Part shown: in pieces, positions 7,986 through 18,353 of the stretch | How positions within the stretch are numbered: position 1 is the stretch's first letter | Layout: each line of letters opens with the position of its first letter | Origin: Actinomycetota bacterium | GTDB lineage: Bacteria; Actinomycetota; Humimicrobiia; Humimicrobiales; Humimicrobiaceae | Reading direction: 5' to 3' | Assembly: GCA_026392215.1 (NCBI GenBank) | Contig: JAPLCN010000124.1 | Location: 1 to 62,651, forward strand | Length of the DNA: 62,651 nt | The notes under the pieces: generated by a model | Database searches by the model: none | Told to the model about the DNA's origin: nothing | The model's input: only the letters and a program-made list of their open reading frames with translations | Made by a program: the position numbers and the translations under genes

Positions 7986-10550
7986 TTATTCATCCTCCCT
8001 TAGACCCGATAATATTTTTATGCCTATATAAGCCTGGCCCAATGAAACGCCTCCATCATTTACAGGCACTTTGAAATTTGAATAAACTTCAAAAAAATTA
8101 TTTTCCAATATATCATATACTTTTTCAAATAAATAATTATTTTGAAAAACCCCTCCGCTTAATGCTATTTTATTTATTGAAAGCTGATTTCGGACTTTTT
8201 TGCTGATATCAAGTATAATTTTTGCAAGAGTATTGTGAAACCTGGCAGAAATAATTCCCAAGTCAGTTTTATTTAATAAATCTTTAATAATTTCGTTCAT
8301 AATGCTTATATCGTCAATAATAAAAACTGGATAATCCAAATCATTTAATTCACCGGAACCTTTTAAGAATGAAACTGCTAATTCATCCAATTTTTTAAAT
8401 TGTTCCTTGGAACTGTTAATATATTTTATTTTATAACATTCTTTTACTTTATTTTTTACAAACATTTCAAGCTCTATGGCAGCTTCGCCTTCAAAACTTG
8501 AAGTTGATTTTAAATTTAAAATTGAGCTGACAGCATCAAATAATCTCCCCATACTGGTAGTTTCAATACTGTTATATCTGCTTTTTATTTGAAAGACGAT
8601 GGCCATGATTTCCTTATCAGAAACAATATCATTAAACCCCGGAAAATTTGCACGGATATATTTTATAAAATAATCAGCATAATTATTGCTATAGCTTAAC
8701 AAATTATTATTTTCAGGCTTATTTTTTAAAAACCTTGTGTTTTCACTCATTTTAATCCAGGAATAATAAATATAAGTTATTGCCATTCTATAAGGTTTAT
8801 GGATTGTAATTTCTCCACCGGGAAGTATTTTTTCACTTAAATGGCCAATTCTTTTAAAGTTTAATTTTTTATCAACAATAAAAATCTCACTTCCCCATAT
8901 TTTGCCATCATCTCCAAAGCCGGTGCCATCCCAGGCAAACCCAATAACTTTTTCATTTATATTATTTTCTGCAATCACACTAGCAATATGAGCTTTATGA
9001 TGTTGAACTTTTATTTTTTTATCAGCTAAAATTTTATTTGATGCAAAGCTGTTAAGCCTGAATGCAGGGTGCATGTCTGATGCAATCAGGTCAGTTTTAT
9101 CAATATTAAAAAGAGAATAATAAGTTTTTAAGGTGGATTTAAAGAAACTGATGCTGTTTTCATTATCAATATCTCCAATATGCTGGGACACGATTGCATA
9201 ATTTTTTTTAATTATACAAAATGTATTTTTTTCTTCTGATCCTATAGCAAGGACAGTTTCACTTTTTAACCCGGGTTTAATTTTTACAGGATATGGAGCA
9301 TAACCTCTGGCTCTTCTTATTATCATTTCCTTATTCTTAAAAACTTTTACAACAGAATCGTCAAACCTTGAGAAAATGTCCCTGTTATGCATTAAAAAAA
9401 AGTCGCAAATACTTCCAAGGCTTTTTATTGCCGCGTCATTTTTAAATGCTATCGGTTCTTCTGAAATATTGCCGCTTGTCATTATAAGCGGAAAATCAAT
9501 TTCTTTAAAAAGAAGGTGATGAAGCGGAGTGTAGGGAAGCATTACGCCTTCATATTTATTATTAAAGGATACGTATTCTGAAATTGTTTTTAAAGTGCCT
9601 GAATTTTTAAGCCGAGTATTTTTATTGTTTTGTTTTAACAAAATACTATCCTTTTTATTTGGGATAAATTTTACGGTTTTCTTCTTAAGCAAAACGACAG
9701 GTGCTTTTGGAGAAGAAAGCAATTCTCTTTCCATTCTGCTTAATTTATAATAATTTTGTGCCTGCCTGATATCTTTGACCATAATTGCAAATGGTTTGAA
9801 AGGTCTGTTTTTCTTTTTCCGCAGCTTTAGAACTGCTTTGCCGGAGGAAGCATCACAAGCTAATTGAAATCCTCCAAGGCTTTTAATTCCTATTATTTTC
9901 CCTTTGATTATTTCATTTACCGCACGTTTTATCGGATTTTTATCATCTATAAGCCTTCCATCACTGTCTGTAAAAAGCAATTCCGGCCCGCATTTATTGC
10001 AGGCATTTGGCTGAGCATGAAATCTTCTGTTTAAGGGATCATTATATTCTTCTAAGCATTCAGGACACATTGTAAAGTCAGACATTGTTGTATTTTGTCT
10101 GTCGTAGGGCAGTTTTTTGATTATGGTAAACCTTGGACCGCAGTTTGTGCAATTAGTAAAAGCATAACTAAATCTTCTCTTATCTTTCGGATTATTTATG
10201 TCTTTGATGCATTTATTGCAAGTTGCCAGATCTGGTGAGACAAGCTGAAATTTTTCCTGTGAAGGCTGACTTTTTAATATTTTAAAATCAGAATAATACT
10301 GGTTTTCAATTTCACTGACCTTAATGGTTTCAATGGCTGCAGGTGCAGGTTTCAGATCTATTATTTTTTTTATGAAGTTGTCTGCCTCGCCTCTGTCTGC
10401 TGCATTAATCCTGATAATAACTCCGGCACTTGTATTACAGACATCACCTTGCAAATTATTTTGAGAAGCAAGTTTAAAAATAAATGGCCTGAATCCTACT
10501 CCCTGAACAATGCCAGTTATATTAATTTGAAATGTTTTTTTATCAACCAC
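7986..10550 (-). CDS. hypF: Carbamoyltransferase HypF
   Basis: 854 aa with an N-terminal acylphosphatase-like domain (ITGIVQGVGFRPF) and paired CxxC zinc fingers (CNKC...CTNCGPRF, CPEC...CNKCGP). YrdC-like and Kae1-like domains follow. GTG start. The stop abuts the hypC start. Confidence 0.9.
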   Translation of the reverse strand: MVDKKTFQINITGIVQGVGFRPFIFKLASQNNLQGDVCNTSAGVIIRINAADRGEADNFIKKIIDLKPAPAAIETIKVSEIENQYYSDFKILKSQPSQEKFQLVSPDLATCNKCIKDINNPKDKRRFSYAFTNCTNCGPRFTIIKKLPYDRQNTTMSDFTMCPECLEEYNDPLNRRFHAQPNACNKCGPELLFTDSDGRLIDDKNPIKRAVNEIIKGKIIGIKSLGGFQLACDASSGKAVLKLRKKKNRPFKPFAIMVKDIRQAQNYYKLSRMERELLSSPKAPVVLLKKKTVKFIPNKKDSILLKQNNKNTRLKNSGTLKTISEYVSFNNKYEGVMLPYTPLHHLLFKEIDFPLIMTSGNISEEPIAFKNDAAIKSLGSICDFFLMHNRDIFSRFDDSVVKVFKNKEMIIRRARGYAPYPVKIKPGLKSETVLAIGSEEKNTFCIIKKNYAIVSQHIGDIDNENSISFFKSTLKTYYSLFNIDKTDLIASDMHPAFRLNSFASNKILADKKIKVQHHKAHIASVIAENNINEKVIGFAWDGTGFGDDGKIWGSEIFIVDKKLNFKRIGHLSEKILPGGEITIHKPYRMAITYIYYSWIKMSENTRFLKNKPENNNLLSYSNNYADYFIKYIRANFPGFNDIVSDKEIMAIVFQIKSRYNSIETTSMGRLFDAVSSILNLKSTSSFEGEAAIELEMFVKNKVKECYKIKYINSSKEQFKKLDELAVSFLKGSGELNDLDYPVFIIDDISIMNEIIKDLLNKTDLGIISARFHNTLAKIILDISKKVRNQLSINKIALSGGVFQNNYLFEKVYDILENNFFEVYSNFKVPVNDGGVSLGQAYIGIKILSGLREDE

Positions 10551-10755
10551 AATTTTATTAAATAATATGAATTAATTTTTTAAAATGAGTCATGATATTA
10601 TAGCATGCAATAAAAACGACTTTTAGAGTCACAACAGAGGAAGACAACAGGATGATTAAAACCAGGAGCAGGAACCATAAAAATTTTAAATAAAAATATA
10701 ATTACAGAAAAATACTATTATGATTTTTTTAAAAATAATTTAAGTTTTAATATTT

Positions 10756-12006
10756 CTAATTGCCTTTTGTAGTTTCTGTAGTTGACGACGACTGGCTATC
10801 CTTTTGAAGATCTCCGACATCAATTAAGATAAGTGTTCCAAGCGTTGAAACATTATTAAAGTCAAATTGTTTTGATGATGAAACAACCAGCTCTGTAGAT
10901 TCCATATTGTCGGTATCAAAAATCGATACCGTAAATCCCATAACAAGCTCATCTGCTGCGGTAACTGCTGGCATTGCATACCATGGAATACTTCCTTCAA
11001 TAGTATAGCCTCCGGAATATTTTTTTGATGCAAGTATCGCACCTTTTAGGGGAGCATTTGAAGGCCATCTTACAAATGACTCCGGTGCTGAACCGCTATT
11101 ATCCCCGGCTGAAAACTCTATCTGAAAATCATCACCATTTAAAAATGGAATATTAAAATCTTTTTCCAGTTCAGTATCTATTACAAAAACAACACTATCT
11201 CCTTTATTTATCTGATTGGTATTGTAAGGCTGGTTATATACGTCATCAGTAACTTTAATAAAGAAATAGTAATTATCCTTGTCCCAGCAGGATGAAAAAA
11301 CTCCTGAACAATCTTTAGCATTAGTATAATTTTCTTTCAATATTGTGGGGGTAAAAGAAGAAAATTTTTCATACAAATTCCAATCATCAAGGTTGCCATC
11401 AATAACAGGAGGAGTGTAACACTTCAATGCAAAAATAGGCGGAGCATTTTGAGAGCGATAGCTGGTTTTTTCCAGAATTTTATTTTTCTTTTCTTCAATG
11501 TTTACATTTTCCAAAGAAGTGGATTCTGCTGAATTGGCGCCCTTTATATCAACAGCAAAGGGGATCTTTTCGCTGGCATAAACAACTTTATTGTTTTTAT
11601 CTGTTATTTCAGCATAAATATCATAAGCGCCTGTTTGAGAAGGGTTCCAGTTAAATTTAAAAGGGGAAGCATTTAAAGTCTTTACAAGCTTGCTGTTAAT
11701 ATAAATATTTAAATTATAATTATTATTATTTTCAATATCTTTACCTTTGATTTCAATAGGAACAGTTTCATTTATGCTTACAAAATCAAATGACTGGTTT
11801 TTTGCAGGAGAAGCAAAATACAAGTCAAAGCTGTTTTCAGCGACAACTGCGACAGGTTTTTTTGAAAAAAAGCTTAAAGGCAATTTGTCTTTTACGATAA
11901 AAAATATAAGTAAAGTAAGTCCAATAATTAAAATAAAAATAATATAAGGGAACCTGTCAAGAAAAAAAGTTTTCTGTTTCCTTAATTTTTTATCGTTATT
12001 ATTCAT
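10756..12006 (-). CDS. Membrane-anchored protein with an Ig-like domain and a CBM9/DOMON-like carbohydrate-binding domain
   Basis: N-terminal TM helix (FPYIIFILIIGLTLLIFFIV). An Ig-like segment (FKFNWNPSQTGAYDIYAEITD) is followed by IDGNLDDWN...WD...YYFFIKVTDD...GDSV...GGYTIEGSIPW, matching the family-9 CBM-like pattern. Confidence 0.5.
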   Translation of the reverse strand: MNNNDKKLRKQKTFFLDRFPYIIFILIIGLTLLIFFIVKDKLPLSFFSKKPVAVVAENSFDLYFASPAKNQSFDFVSINETVPIEIKGKDIENNNNYNLNIYINSKLVKTLNASPFKFNWNPSQTGAYDIYAEITDKNNKVVYASEKIPFAVDIKGANSAESTSLENVNIEEKKNKILEKTSYRSQNAPPIFALKCYTPPVIDGNLDDWNLYEKFSSFTPTILKENYTNAKDCSGVFSSCWDKDNYYFFIKVTDDVYNQPYNTNQINKGDSVVFVIDTELEKDFNIPFLNGDDFQIEFSAGDNSGSAPESFVRWPSNAPLKGAILASKKYSGGYTIEGSIPWYAMPAVTAADELVMGFTVSIFDTDNMESTELVVSSSKQFDFNNVSTLGTLILIDVGDLQKDSQSSSTTETTKGN

Positions 12007-12093
12007 GTTTAATTTATCATATATGGCAATAGCATTATTATAATATAGTTTTAAATTAATTATCTTTTTTTATTTCATAAATTTAAAACCAGC

Positions 12094-14181
12094 CTACTCA
12101 TGAGCTTCCTGCTGTTTCTTTCTTTCTTCAATTATCGGATCTGCAAGGTTTTGAGGCAGATCGTCGTAATGAGAAAATTTCTGGCTGAAAATTCCCCTAC
12201 CTTGTGTTATTGATTTAAGGTCTACGGCATAATTAAAAGTCTCCGATTGCGGAACAGATGCTTTTATAATCTGATTATGCTTTTCAGCCCCTATACTTAT
12301 TATTTTGCCTCTTTTTGAGTTGATATCCCCGATAATATCTCCCATATATTCTTCAGGAACAGTTATTTCAAGTTCCATTACGGGTTCAAGAATTACCGGT
12401 GATGCTTCTGCCATTCCTTTTTTAAAAGCCATGGAAGCTGCGATCTTAAATGCCATTTCTGAAGAATCCACACTATGATATGAACCGTCATATAGGTTAA
12501 CAGAAACGTCAACTACCTGAAATCCTCCTAAAATTCCTGCCAGCAGCGCTTCTCTAATGCCTTTTTCAACTCCTGGAATATAACTTTTTGGAATAGATCC
12601 GCCAAAAATAGTATTCTCAAACTTAAATCCCTCTCCCTTAGGTAAAGGCTTTAGTTCAATAAATACATGGCCATACTGACCCCTGCCGCCGGATTGTTTT
12701 TTGTATTTATACTCTGATTTGGTAGCTTTTCTTATTGTTTCTTTATATGCAACTTTAGGTGTTTGCATGTTGACTTCAATATCAAATTTATCTTTTAATT
12801 TTTCTTTTACAATTGCAAGATGTAATTCTCCCATACCCCAAACTATACTTTGTTTAACTTCATGATTGTTTTCCAGCTTGATTGTCGGGTCTTCTTCAAT
12901 AAGCCTTGTTATTCCACTGTGAATTTTTTCTTCATCGCCTTTTGCAGCAGGAGTTATTGCTTTTGGAAAAATAGGTTCAGGATAAGTGACTTTCCCCATC
13001 TCAAGCGGCTTATCCGGGTTTGAGATTGTATTATCTGTTGAAATATCAGTAATTTTTGCAACTGCGACTATGTCTCCGGTTGCTGCTTCCTGGATTTCCG
13101 TTTGAATTCTGCCCTGTATTTTTAAAAGGCTTGCAAACTTGAAGCTGTTCTTTGGCCCGGAAACAAAATAACTGCTGCCAGGTTTCATGGTCCCTGAGAA
13201 AATTCTGAAAACTGAAAGCTTGCCGATGAAAGGATCAGCCATTGTTTTAAAAACATAAGCAGCAAGTTGATTCTCACCAGAAGCGTTAATTTCAATCTTA
13301 TTTTTACTGTTAATCTCCAGCGCTTCTTTTTTAGAAATTTCAAGTGGTGAGGGAAGCAATGCATTGATATAATCCATAAGAATATCTATGCCTATATTTT
13401 TGCCGGAGCTGATGGCAAAAACCGGAATTATGGAACGGTTTATTACAGATTTTCTTAATACGGTATTTAAGTTTTCAATATCAATTTCCTCACCGTTTAA
13501 ATATTTTTCAAGCAAAGCTTCATCATTTTCAACCACATCTTCAACCAGGGAATTATATTTTGATTCTGCAACTTCTTTTAGATTTTGATCCAATTCAATT
13601 TTTATTCCTGTTTTTGAATCGCTCTTGTAAGAGTAAGCTGTTTTTTTAAGGACATCAATAATACCGTTGAAATTCTCACCTTCACCTATTGGAATAGTAA
13701 ACAGTACTAAAGGCACAGAAAAGTTTTTTCTGATATTGTCTATCGCTTTAAAATAGTCTACATTTTCCTGGTCCATTTTGTTTAAAATACAAAAAACCGG
13801 AGTTGATTTTTTATCAAGCTCTTCAATTATTTTTTCGGTTACTGCCTGAAGGCTTGCTTTTGGATCAAACAGAAGTAAAGCGCCATCAATAACCTGGATA
13901 GCCCCTAAAGTCTGGCCTATAAAATCAAGATAACCAGGGCAGTCTATCAGGTTTATAAAATGGTTTTTCCACTGGTAATTTAGAATACTTGAACTGATGC
14001 TGAAGCCTCTTCTGGTTTCAAGAGGGCTGAAGTCTGACATGGTATTTTTGCTTTCTATTTTACCCATTCGGTCTATAGCTCCACAGTCAAATAAAAAACA
14101 TTCAGCAAGTGTTGTTTTGCCAGTATTGTTTCCAGAAACTAATCCTATAACTCTTTTGTTCTCTGCGTTTGATCCGGCCAT
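12094..14181 (-). CDS. Elongation factor G paralogue (EF-G II-like translational GTPase) with a divergent G domain
   Basis: 695 aa with five-domain EF-G architecture. P-loop SGNNTGKTT, G4 NKMD and domain IV tip GSYHSVDSSEMAFKIA are present. The switch II motif reads DCPGYLDF instead of DTPGHVDF (Tyr84, codon at 13930-13932). Confidence 0.8.
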   Translation of the reverse strand: MAGSNAENKRVIGLVSGNNTGKTTLAECFLFDCGAIDRMGKIESKNTMSDFSPLETRRGFSISSSILNYQWKNHFINLIDCPGYLDFIGQTLGAIQVIDGALLLFDPKASLQAVTEKIIEELDKKSTPVFCILNKMDQENVDYFKAIDNIRKNFSVPLVLFTIPIGEGENFNGIIDVLKKTAYSYKSDSKTGIKIELDQNLKEVAESKYNSLVEDVVENDEALLEKYLNGEEIDIENLNTVLRKSVINRSIIPVFAISSGKNIGIDILMDYINALLPSPLEISKKEALEINSKNKIEINASGENQLAAYVFKTMADPFIGKLSVFRIFSGTMKPGSSYFVSGPKNSFKFASLLKIQGRIQTEIQEAATGDIVAVAKITDISTDNTISNPDKPLEMGKVTYPEPIFPKAITPAAKGDEEKIHSGITRLIEEDPTIKLENNHEVKQSIVWGMGELHLAIVKEKLKDKFDIEVNMQTPKVAYKETIRKATKSEYKYKKQSGGRGQYGHVFIELKPLPKGEGFKFENTIFGGSIPKSYIPGVEKGIREALLAGILGGFQVVDVSVNLYDGSYHSVDSSEMAFKIAASMAFKKGMAEASPVILEPVMELEITVPEEYMGDIIGDINSKRGKIISIGAEKHNQIIKASVPQSETFNYAVDLKSITQGRGIFSQKFSHYDDLPQNLADPIIEERKKQQEAHE

Positions 14182-14519
14182 TAATCCCTCCTGATATATT
14201 TCAAATTATTAGAAAAATATTTGCGACAAATTATTTTAAAAAATATAAAAAAAATATACCAAAAAAAAACAATGAAAATATACCATAAAATAAAGCAAGT
14301 GTAAAAAAAATAAGTTTTGCATGCCATGAATATGCTTAACGGCAGGCTTTTAATTATTTTACTTAAAATATTTTATGCTATAATATATTGTCTATTTTTA
14401 GATGCATATTTTTACTGGCATAATTAATAGAAAGTTAATTTAATTAAAGTTCAATAAATTTATTTATGGACTATAATTAATTTATAGTAGTATAAGTATA
14501 ACCTTAAAAAGGAGGCTTG

Positions 14520-15095
14520 ATGGGAATTTTAGGAGGAATAATATTAATAGTTGTAATCCTGGTGGTAATAGTACTTATTTTTATTGGACTTTATAACTCC
14601 ATTGTTTCACTAAGAAACAGAGTTGATAATGCATGGTCTCAAATTGATGTTCAGTTAAGAAAAAGATTTGATCTGATTCCTAATCTTGTTGAAACGGTAA
14701 AAGGGTATGCAGCCCATGAACGGGAAACTCTTGAAAAGGTAATTGAAGCAAGACAGCTTGGGATGAATGCAAGCAGCGTAAAAGATCAGGCTCAAGCTGA
14801 TAACATGATCAGCGGAACTTTAAAATCTTTATTTGCAGTTACTGAAAATTATCCTAATTTAAAAGCTGACGCTCATTTTACAAAGCTGATGGAAGAACTG
14901 CAGGGTATTGAAAGCAATATTGCTTTTGCAAGGCAATTCTATAATGATATGGTAATGCAGTTTAACACAAGAGTACAAACTTTTCCTGGCAATATTTTTG
15001 CAGGGATGTTTAATTTCAAGATTAAAGATTATTTTTTAGTTGAAGAATCTGCAGCAAGAGAGCCTGTTAAGGTTCAATTTACACAGCAGCAGTAA
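14520..15095 (+). CDS. lemA: LemA family membrane protein
   Basis: N-terminal TM helix, then NSIVSLRNRVDNAWSQIDVQLRKRFDLIPNLVE, typical of LemA. ATG 14520 is preferred over TTG 14517 (GGAGG at 14511-14515). Confidence 0.85.
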   Translation: MGILGGIILIVVILVVIVLIFIGLYNSIVSLRNRVDNAWSQIDVQLRKRFDLIPNLVETVKGYAAHERETLEKVIEARQLGMNASSVKDQAQADNMISGTLKSLFAVTENYPNLKADAHFTKLMEELQGIESNIAFARQFYNDMVMQFNTRVQTFPGNIFAGMFNFKIKDYFLVEESAAREPVKVQFTQQQ

Positions 15096-15127
15096 AATTT
15101 ATCAGAATTGGTTGGTGGAGTATTTAA

Positions 15128-16075
15128 ATGTATCAGCAGATTGCAGCCAATAAGGCAAAGTCAGTATTTACAATTATTTTTTTTGTGTTGTTTATAGGGG
15201 TTGTAGGCTTTTTTATTGGCTTATTATTTGATTACAGATATGGTATCGGCAGTTATTTTTCAATAATAATACTTGTTATTGCTTTTGTTATTGCTTTGAT
15301 TGCCAGTTTTACAAGCTATTATTACAGCGATAAAATTGTTCTTCAGATTTCCAAGGCACACCCGATTGACATGGAAACAGATATCAGAGTTAATTATACG
15401 GTTGAGGGGCTTTCAATTGCTGCAGGAATTCCAATGCCCAGGATTTATATAATTGAAGAAAACGGTATGAATGCATTTGCAACCGGAAGGAATCCGCAGA
15501 ATGGAGTAATAGTCTTAACGCGAGGCATAATCAGTAATTTAAATGACGAAGAGCTTAAGGGAGTTATTTCTCATGAGCTTTCCCATATAAAGAATTATGA
15601 CATTCTTCTTGGAACAGTCGTAGTTATTTTTGTAGGTATGCTTTCAATAGCAAGCAATATTATATTGAGAAGTTTTCTTTTCGGAGGCGGAAGGCGAAGA
15701 TCTAATGACCGTAGCGGAGGAGGCGGAATATTAGCACTTGTAATGCTGGTTATAGGGCTCGTATTAATAATACTATCACCGATAATAGGTTCTATGATCA
15801 GAATGGCAATCAGCAGAAACAGAGAATACTTAGCTGACAGCAGCGGAGCATTAATATCAAGGTATCCTGCGGGCCTGGCAAATGCACTTAGAAAAATAAG
15901 CGTATACAGTGGGGTAGAAAGTGCAAGCAGTGCAACTTCTCATATGTTTATTGCGGATCCTTTAACAAAAAAAAATAAACCGCTTCTTGCAAATTTATTC
16001 AGCACACATCCGCCGATTGAAGAAAGGATAAGAAGGCTTGATGAAATGTCGCTTGGAGTTGGAATTAATAAATAG
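15128..16075 (+). CDS. htpX: M48 family zinc metalloprotease HtpX
   Basis: HELSHIKNYD zinc motif, multiple TM helices and a C-terminal HPPIEERI. The lemA-htpX pairing is widely conserved. Confidence 0.85.
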   Translation: MYQQIAANKAKSVFTIIFFVLFIGVVGFFIGLLFDYRYGIGSYFSIIILVIAFVIALIASFTSYYYSDKIVLQISKAHPIDMETDIRVNYTVEGLSIAAGIPMPRIYIIEENGMNAFATGRNPQNGVIVLTRGIISNLNDEELKGVISHELSHIKNYDILLGTVVVIFVGMLSIASNIILRSFLFGGGRRRSNDRSGGGGILALVMLVIGLVLIILSPIIGSMIRMAISRNREYLADSSGALISRYPAGLANALRKISVYSGVESASSATSHMFIADPLTKKNKPLLANLFSTHPPIEERIRRLDEMSLGVGINK

Positions 16076-16090
16076 GAGGGAATTTTAATA

Positions 16091-16972
16091 ATGGAAAAGG
16101 GTACTTTAAAATTAAAAACAGGTCTTGCTGAAATGCTCAAAGGTGGCGTAATAATGGACGTTACCACAGTTGAGCAGGCAAAAATTGCTGAAGAAGCAGG
16201 AGCAGTATCAGTTATGGCGTTGGAAAGGATACCTGCTGACATAAGAGCTGCCGGAGGTGTTGCAAGAATGACTGATCCGGAAATAATTCTTAACATCATG
16301 GATGCTGTAACAATACCGGTTATGGCAAAATGCAGAATAGGACACTTTGCAGAAGCTCAAATACTTGAATCATTAGGAGTAGATTATATAGATGAAAGTG
16401 AAGTGCTGACTCCTGCCGATGAAAAATATCATGTAAACAAATGGAATTTTAAGGTTCCTTTTGTTTGCGGTGCAACAAATTTAGGGGAAGCTTTAAGGCG
16501 GATAGGTGAAGGTGCTGCAATGATAAGGACAAAAGGCGAACCTGGAACAGGCAATGTAGTTGAAGCTGTAAGGCATATGAGAACTATAAGGGATGAGATA
16601 AAAAAAGTTGCTTCCTTACCTAAAGAAGAACTTATGGCTATTGCAAAAGAAATGGGCGCACCTTATGAACTGATCCTTAACGTCCATGAAAGCGGAAAGC
16701 TTCCTGTAGTAAATTTCTCTGCAGGTGGAATTTCAACACCAGCAGATGCATCACTTATTATGCAGCTTGGTGCAGACGGGGTATTTGTTGGTTCCGGAAT
16801 ATTTAAGTCAGAAAATCCTATGAAGATGGCAAAAGCTATTGTTGAGGCTACTACCCACTTTAAAAATCCTGAAATCCTGGCTAAAGTGTCAAGAGGGCTT
16901 GGAAGCGCCATGTACGGAATGGAACTTTCTAAAATACCTAAAGAAGATTTGTTGTCTGTCAGAGGGTGGTAG
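16091..16972 (+). CDS. pdxS: Pyridoxal 5'-phosphate synthase lyase subunit PdxS
   Basis: 293 aa, highly conserved ([44 protein letters not shown]). Confidence 0.95.
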   Translation: MEKGTLKLKTGLAEMLKGGVIMDVTTVEQAKIAEEAGAVSVMALERIPADIRAAGGVARMTDPEIILNIMDAVTIPVMAKCRIGHFAEAQILESLGVDYIDESEVLTPADEKYHVNKWNFKVPFVCGATNLGEALRRIGEGAAMIRTKGEPGTGNVVEAVRHMRTIRDEIKKVASLPKEELMAIAKEMGAPYELILNVHESGKLPVVNFSAGGISTPADASLIMQLGADGVFVGSGIFKSENPMKMAKAIVEATTHFKNPEILAKVSRGLGSAMYGMELSKIPKEDLLSVRGW

Positions 16973-17565
16973 TTATTATTAAAAATAAAGAACTGATAAG
17001 AGTCGGAGTTCTTGCCCTGCAGGGAGCATTTAGAGAACATATTAACTGCATTAAAAAATGTGGAGCTGATGCTGTCGAGATTAAATTCCCATATCAGCTA
17101 AAGGAAATAGATGGTCTTATTATCCCTGGAGGAGAAAGTACAACAATTAATAAATTAATAAAAAAATATGATTTCAAGCCCTACCTTGATGAATTTTACA
17201 AATCAGGCAAAGCTATTTACGGAACATGCGCCGGATTAATTTTAATTGCAAAAAAAGTAGCAAACGAAGATTTTGGTTTAGGTTATATAGATGTTGAAGT
17301 AGCAAGAAATTCATACGGAAGACAAATTGACAGTTTTGAAGAATATATTAGTCTTGGATTTAACGGCGGTGAGAAGTTTAAAGCAATTTTTATAAGAGCT
17401 CCAAAGATATTAAGTGCCGGACCAGATGTTGATATATTATCTGAAATTAAAGATAATATAATTTTAGCAAGCCAGGGTAATGTTTTAGTGAGTACTTTTC
17501 ATCCTGAACTTCAGGATGATACAAGAATTCATGAATATTTTCTGAATATGATAGAAAAATCATAA
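16966..17565 (+). CDS. pdxT: Pyridoxal 5'-phosphate synthase glutaminase subunit PdxT
   Basis: [12 protein letters not shown], the GTCAGLI catalytic Cys and the FHPE motif. The GTG start overlaps the pdxS end, but the exact start is uncertain. Confidence 0.9.
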   Translation: MVVIIKNKELIRVGVLALQGAFREHINCIKKCGADAVEIKFPYQLKEIDGLIIPGGESTTINKLIKKYDFKPYLDEFYKSGKAIYGTCAGLILIAKKVANEDFGLGYIDVEVARNSYGRQIDSFEEYISLGFNGGEKFKAIFIRAPKILSAGPDVDILSEIKDNIILASQGNVLVSTFHPELQDDTRIHEYFLNMIEKS

Positions 17566-17580
17566 AAAGGGAGAATTAAT

Positions 17581-18336
17581 ATGTCAGGTCACTCAAAATG
17601 GCATTCAATAAAACATAAGAAAGCAAAAGAAGATGCAAAAAGAGGCAATATTTTTGGAAAACTTTCAAGGCTGATTTCAGTTGCAGCAAGAGAAGGAGGC
17701 AGCGGCGATCCTAATAATAATAACGGGCTCGCAAATGCTATAGCGAAAGCAAAAGAATATAATCTTCCGCAGGACAATATTGAAAGGGCCATTAAAAAAG
17801 GAACAGGAGAAATGGCCGGTATTAAGTTTGAACATATGACTTACGAAGGATATGGCCCTGGTGGAATTGCAGTAATGGTTGACATAACCACTGAAAATAA
17901 AAACAGAACGGCTGCAGATATCAGAAGCATTTTTTCAAGAAGCAATGGAAGCCTTGGCGAATTAGGCTGTGTTGCATGGATGTTTGAAAGAAAGGCCGTT
18001 ATAACCGTTGATAAAGAATCAGTAAAAGATTATGACGATTTTATGCTTAAATCCATTGACAGCGGCGCTGAAGATATTGAAGAAACTGATGAATCTTATG
18101 AAATCAAAGTTGAACCTGCACAGTTAAATGAAGTAAAAAATAATCTGGCAAATAACGACATAATCGTAAAATTTATAGATATTTTATTGATTCCAAAATC
18201 AACAATAAAGCTATCAAAGAATGAAACAGCAAAAGCTTTGAAGATAATAAATGCTCTTGATGATTATGATGATGTTGAAAACGTTTACACTAATTTAGAA
18301 GTTGAAGATGAAATGCTTGAAGAAATGGAATCTTAA
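17581..18336 (+). CDS. yebC: YebC/PmpR family DNA-binding transcriptional regulator
   Basis: MSGHSKWHSIKHKKAKEDAKRG N-terminus is diagnostic. It precedes ruvC as in many bacteria. Confidence 0.9.
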   Translation: MSGHSKWHSIKHKKAKEDAKRGNIFGKLSRLISVAAREGGSGDPNNNNGLANAIAKAKEYNLPQDNIERAIKKGTGEMAGIKFEHMTYEGYGPGGIAVMVDITTENKNRTAADIRSIFSRSNGSLGELGCVAWMFERKAVITVDKESVKDYDDFMLKSIDSGAEDIEETDESYEIKVEPAQLNEVKNNLANNDIIVKFIDILLIPKSTIKLSKNETAKALKIINALDDYDDVENVYTNLEVEDEMLEEMES

Positions 18337-18353
18337 ATTTTTCTTTCAAACAA

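Noticed and set aside
7986-10550. Possible intein or foreign insertion in the unusually long HypF (854 aa).
   Set aside because: The extra length comes from several short Lys/Asn-rich low-complexity stretches, typical of AT-rich genomes. No intein splice motifs or discrete inserted domain were seen.
15940-17040. Minus-strand ORFs 15940-16299 and 16663-17040, antisense to htpX/pdxS/pdxT.
   Set aside because: They are shadow ORFs opposite highly conserved genes (PdxS is near-universal in sequence), and no independent coding signal is present.
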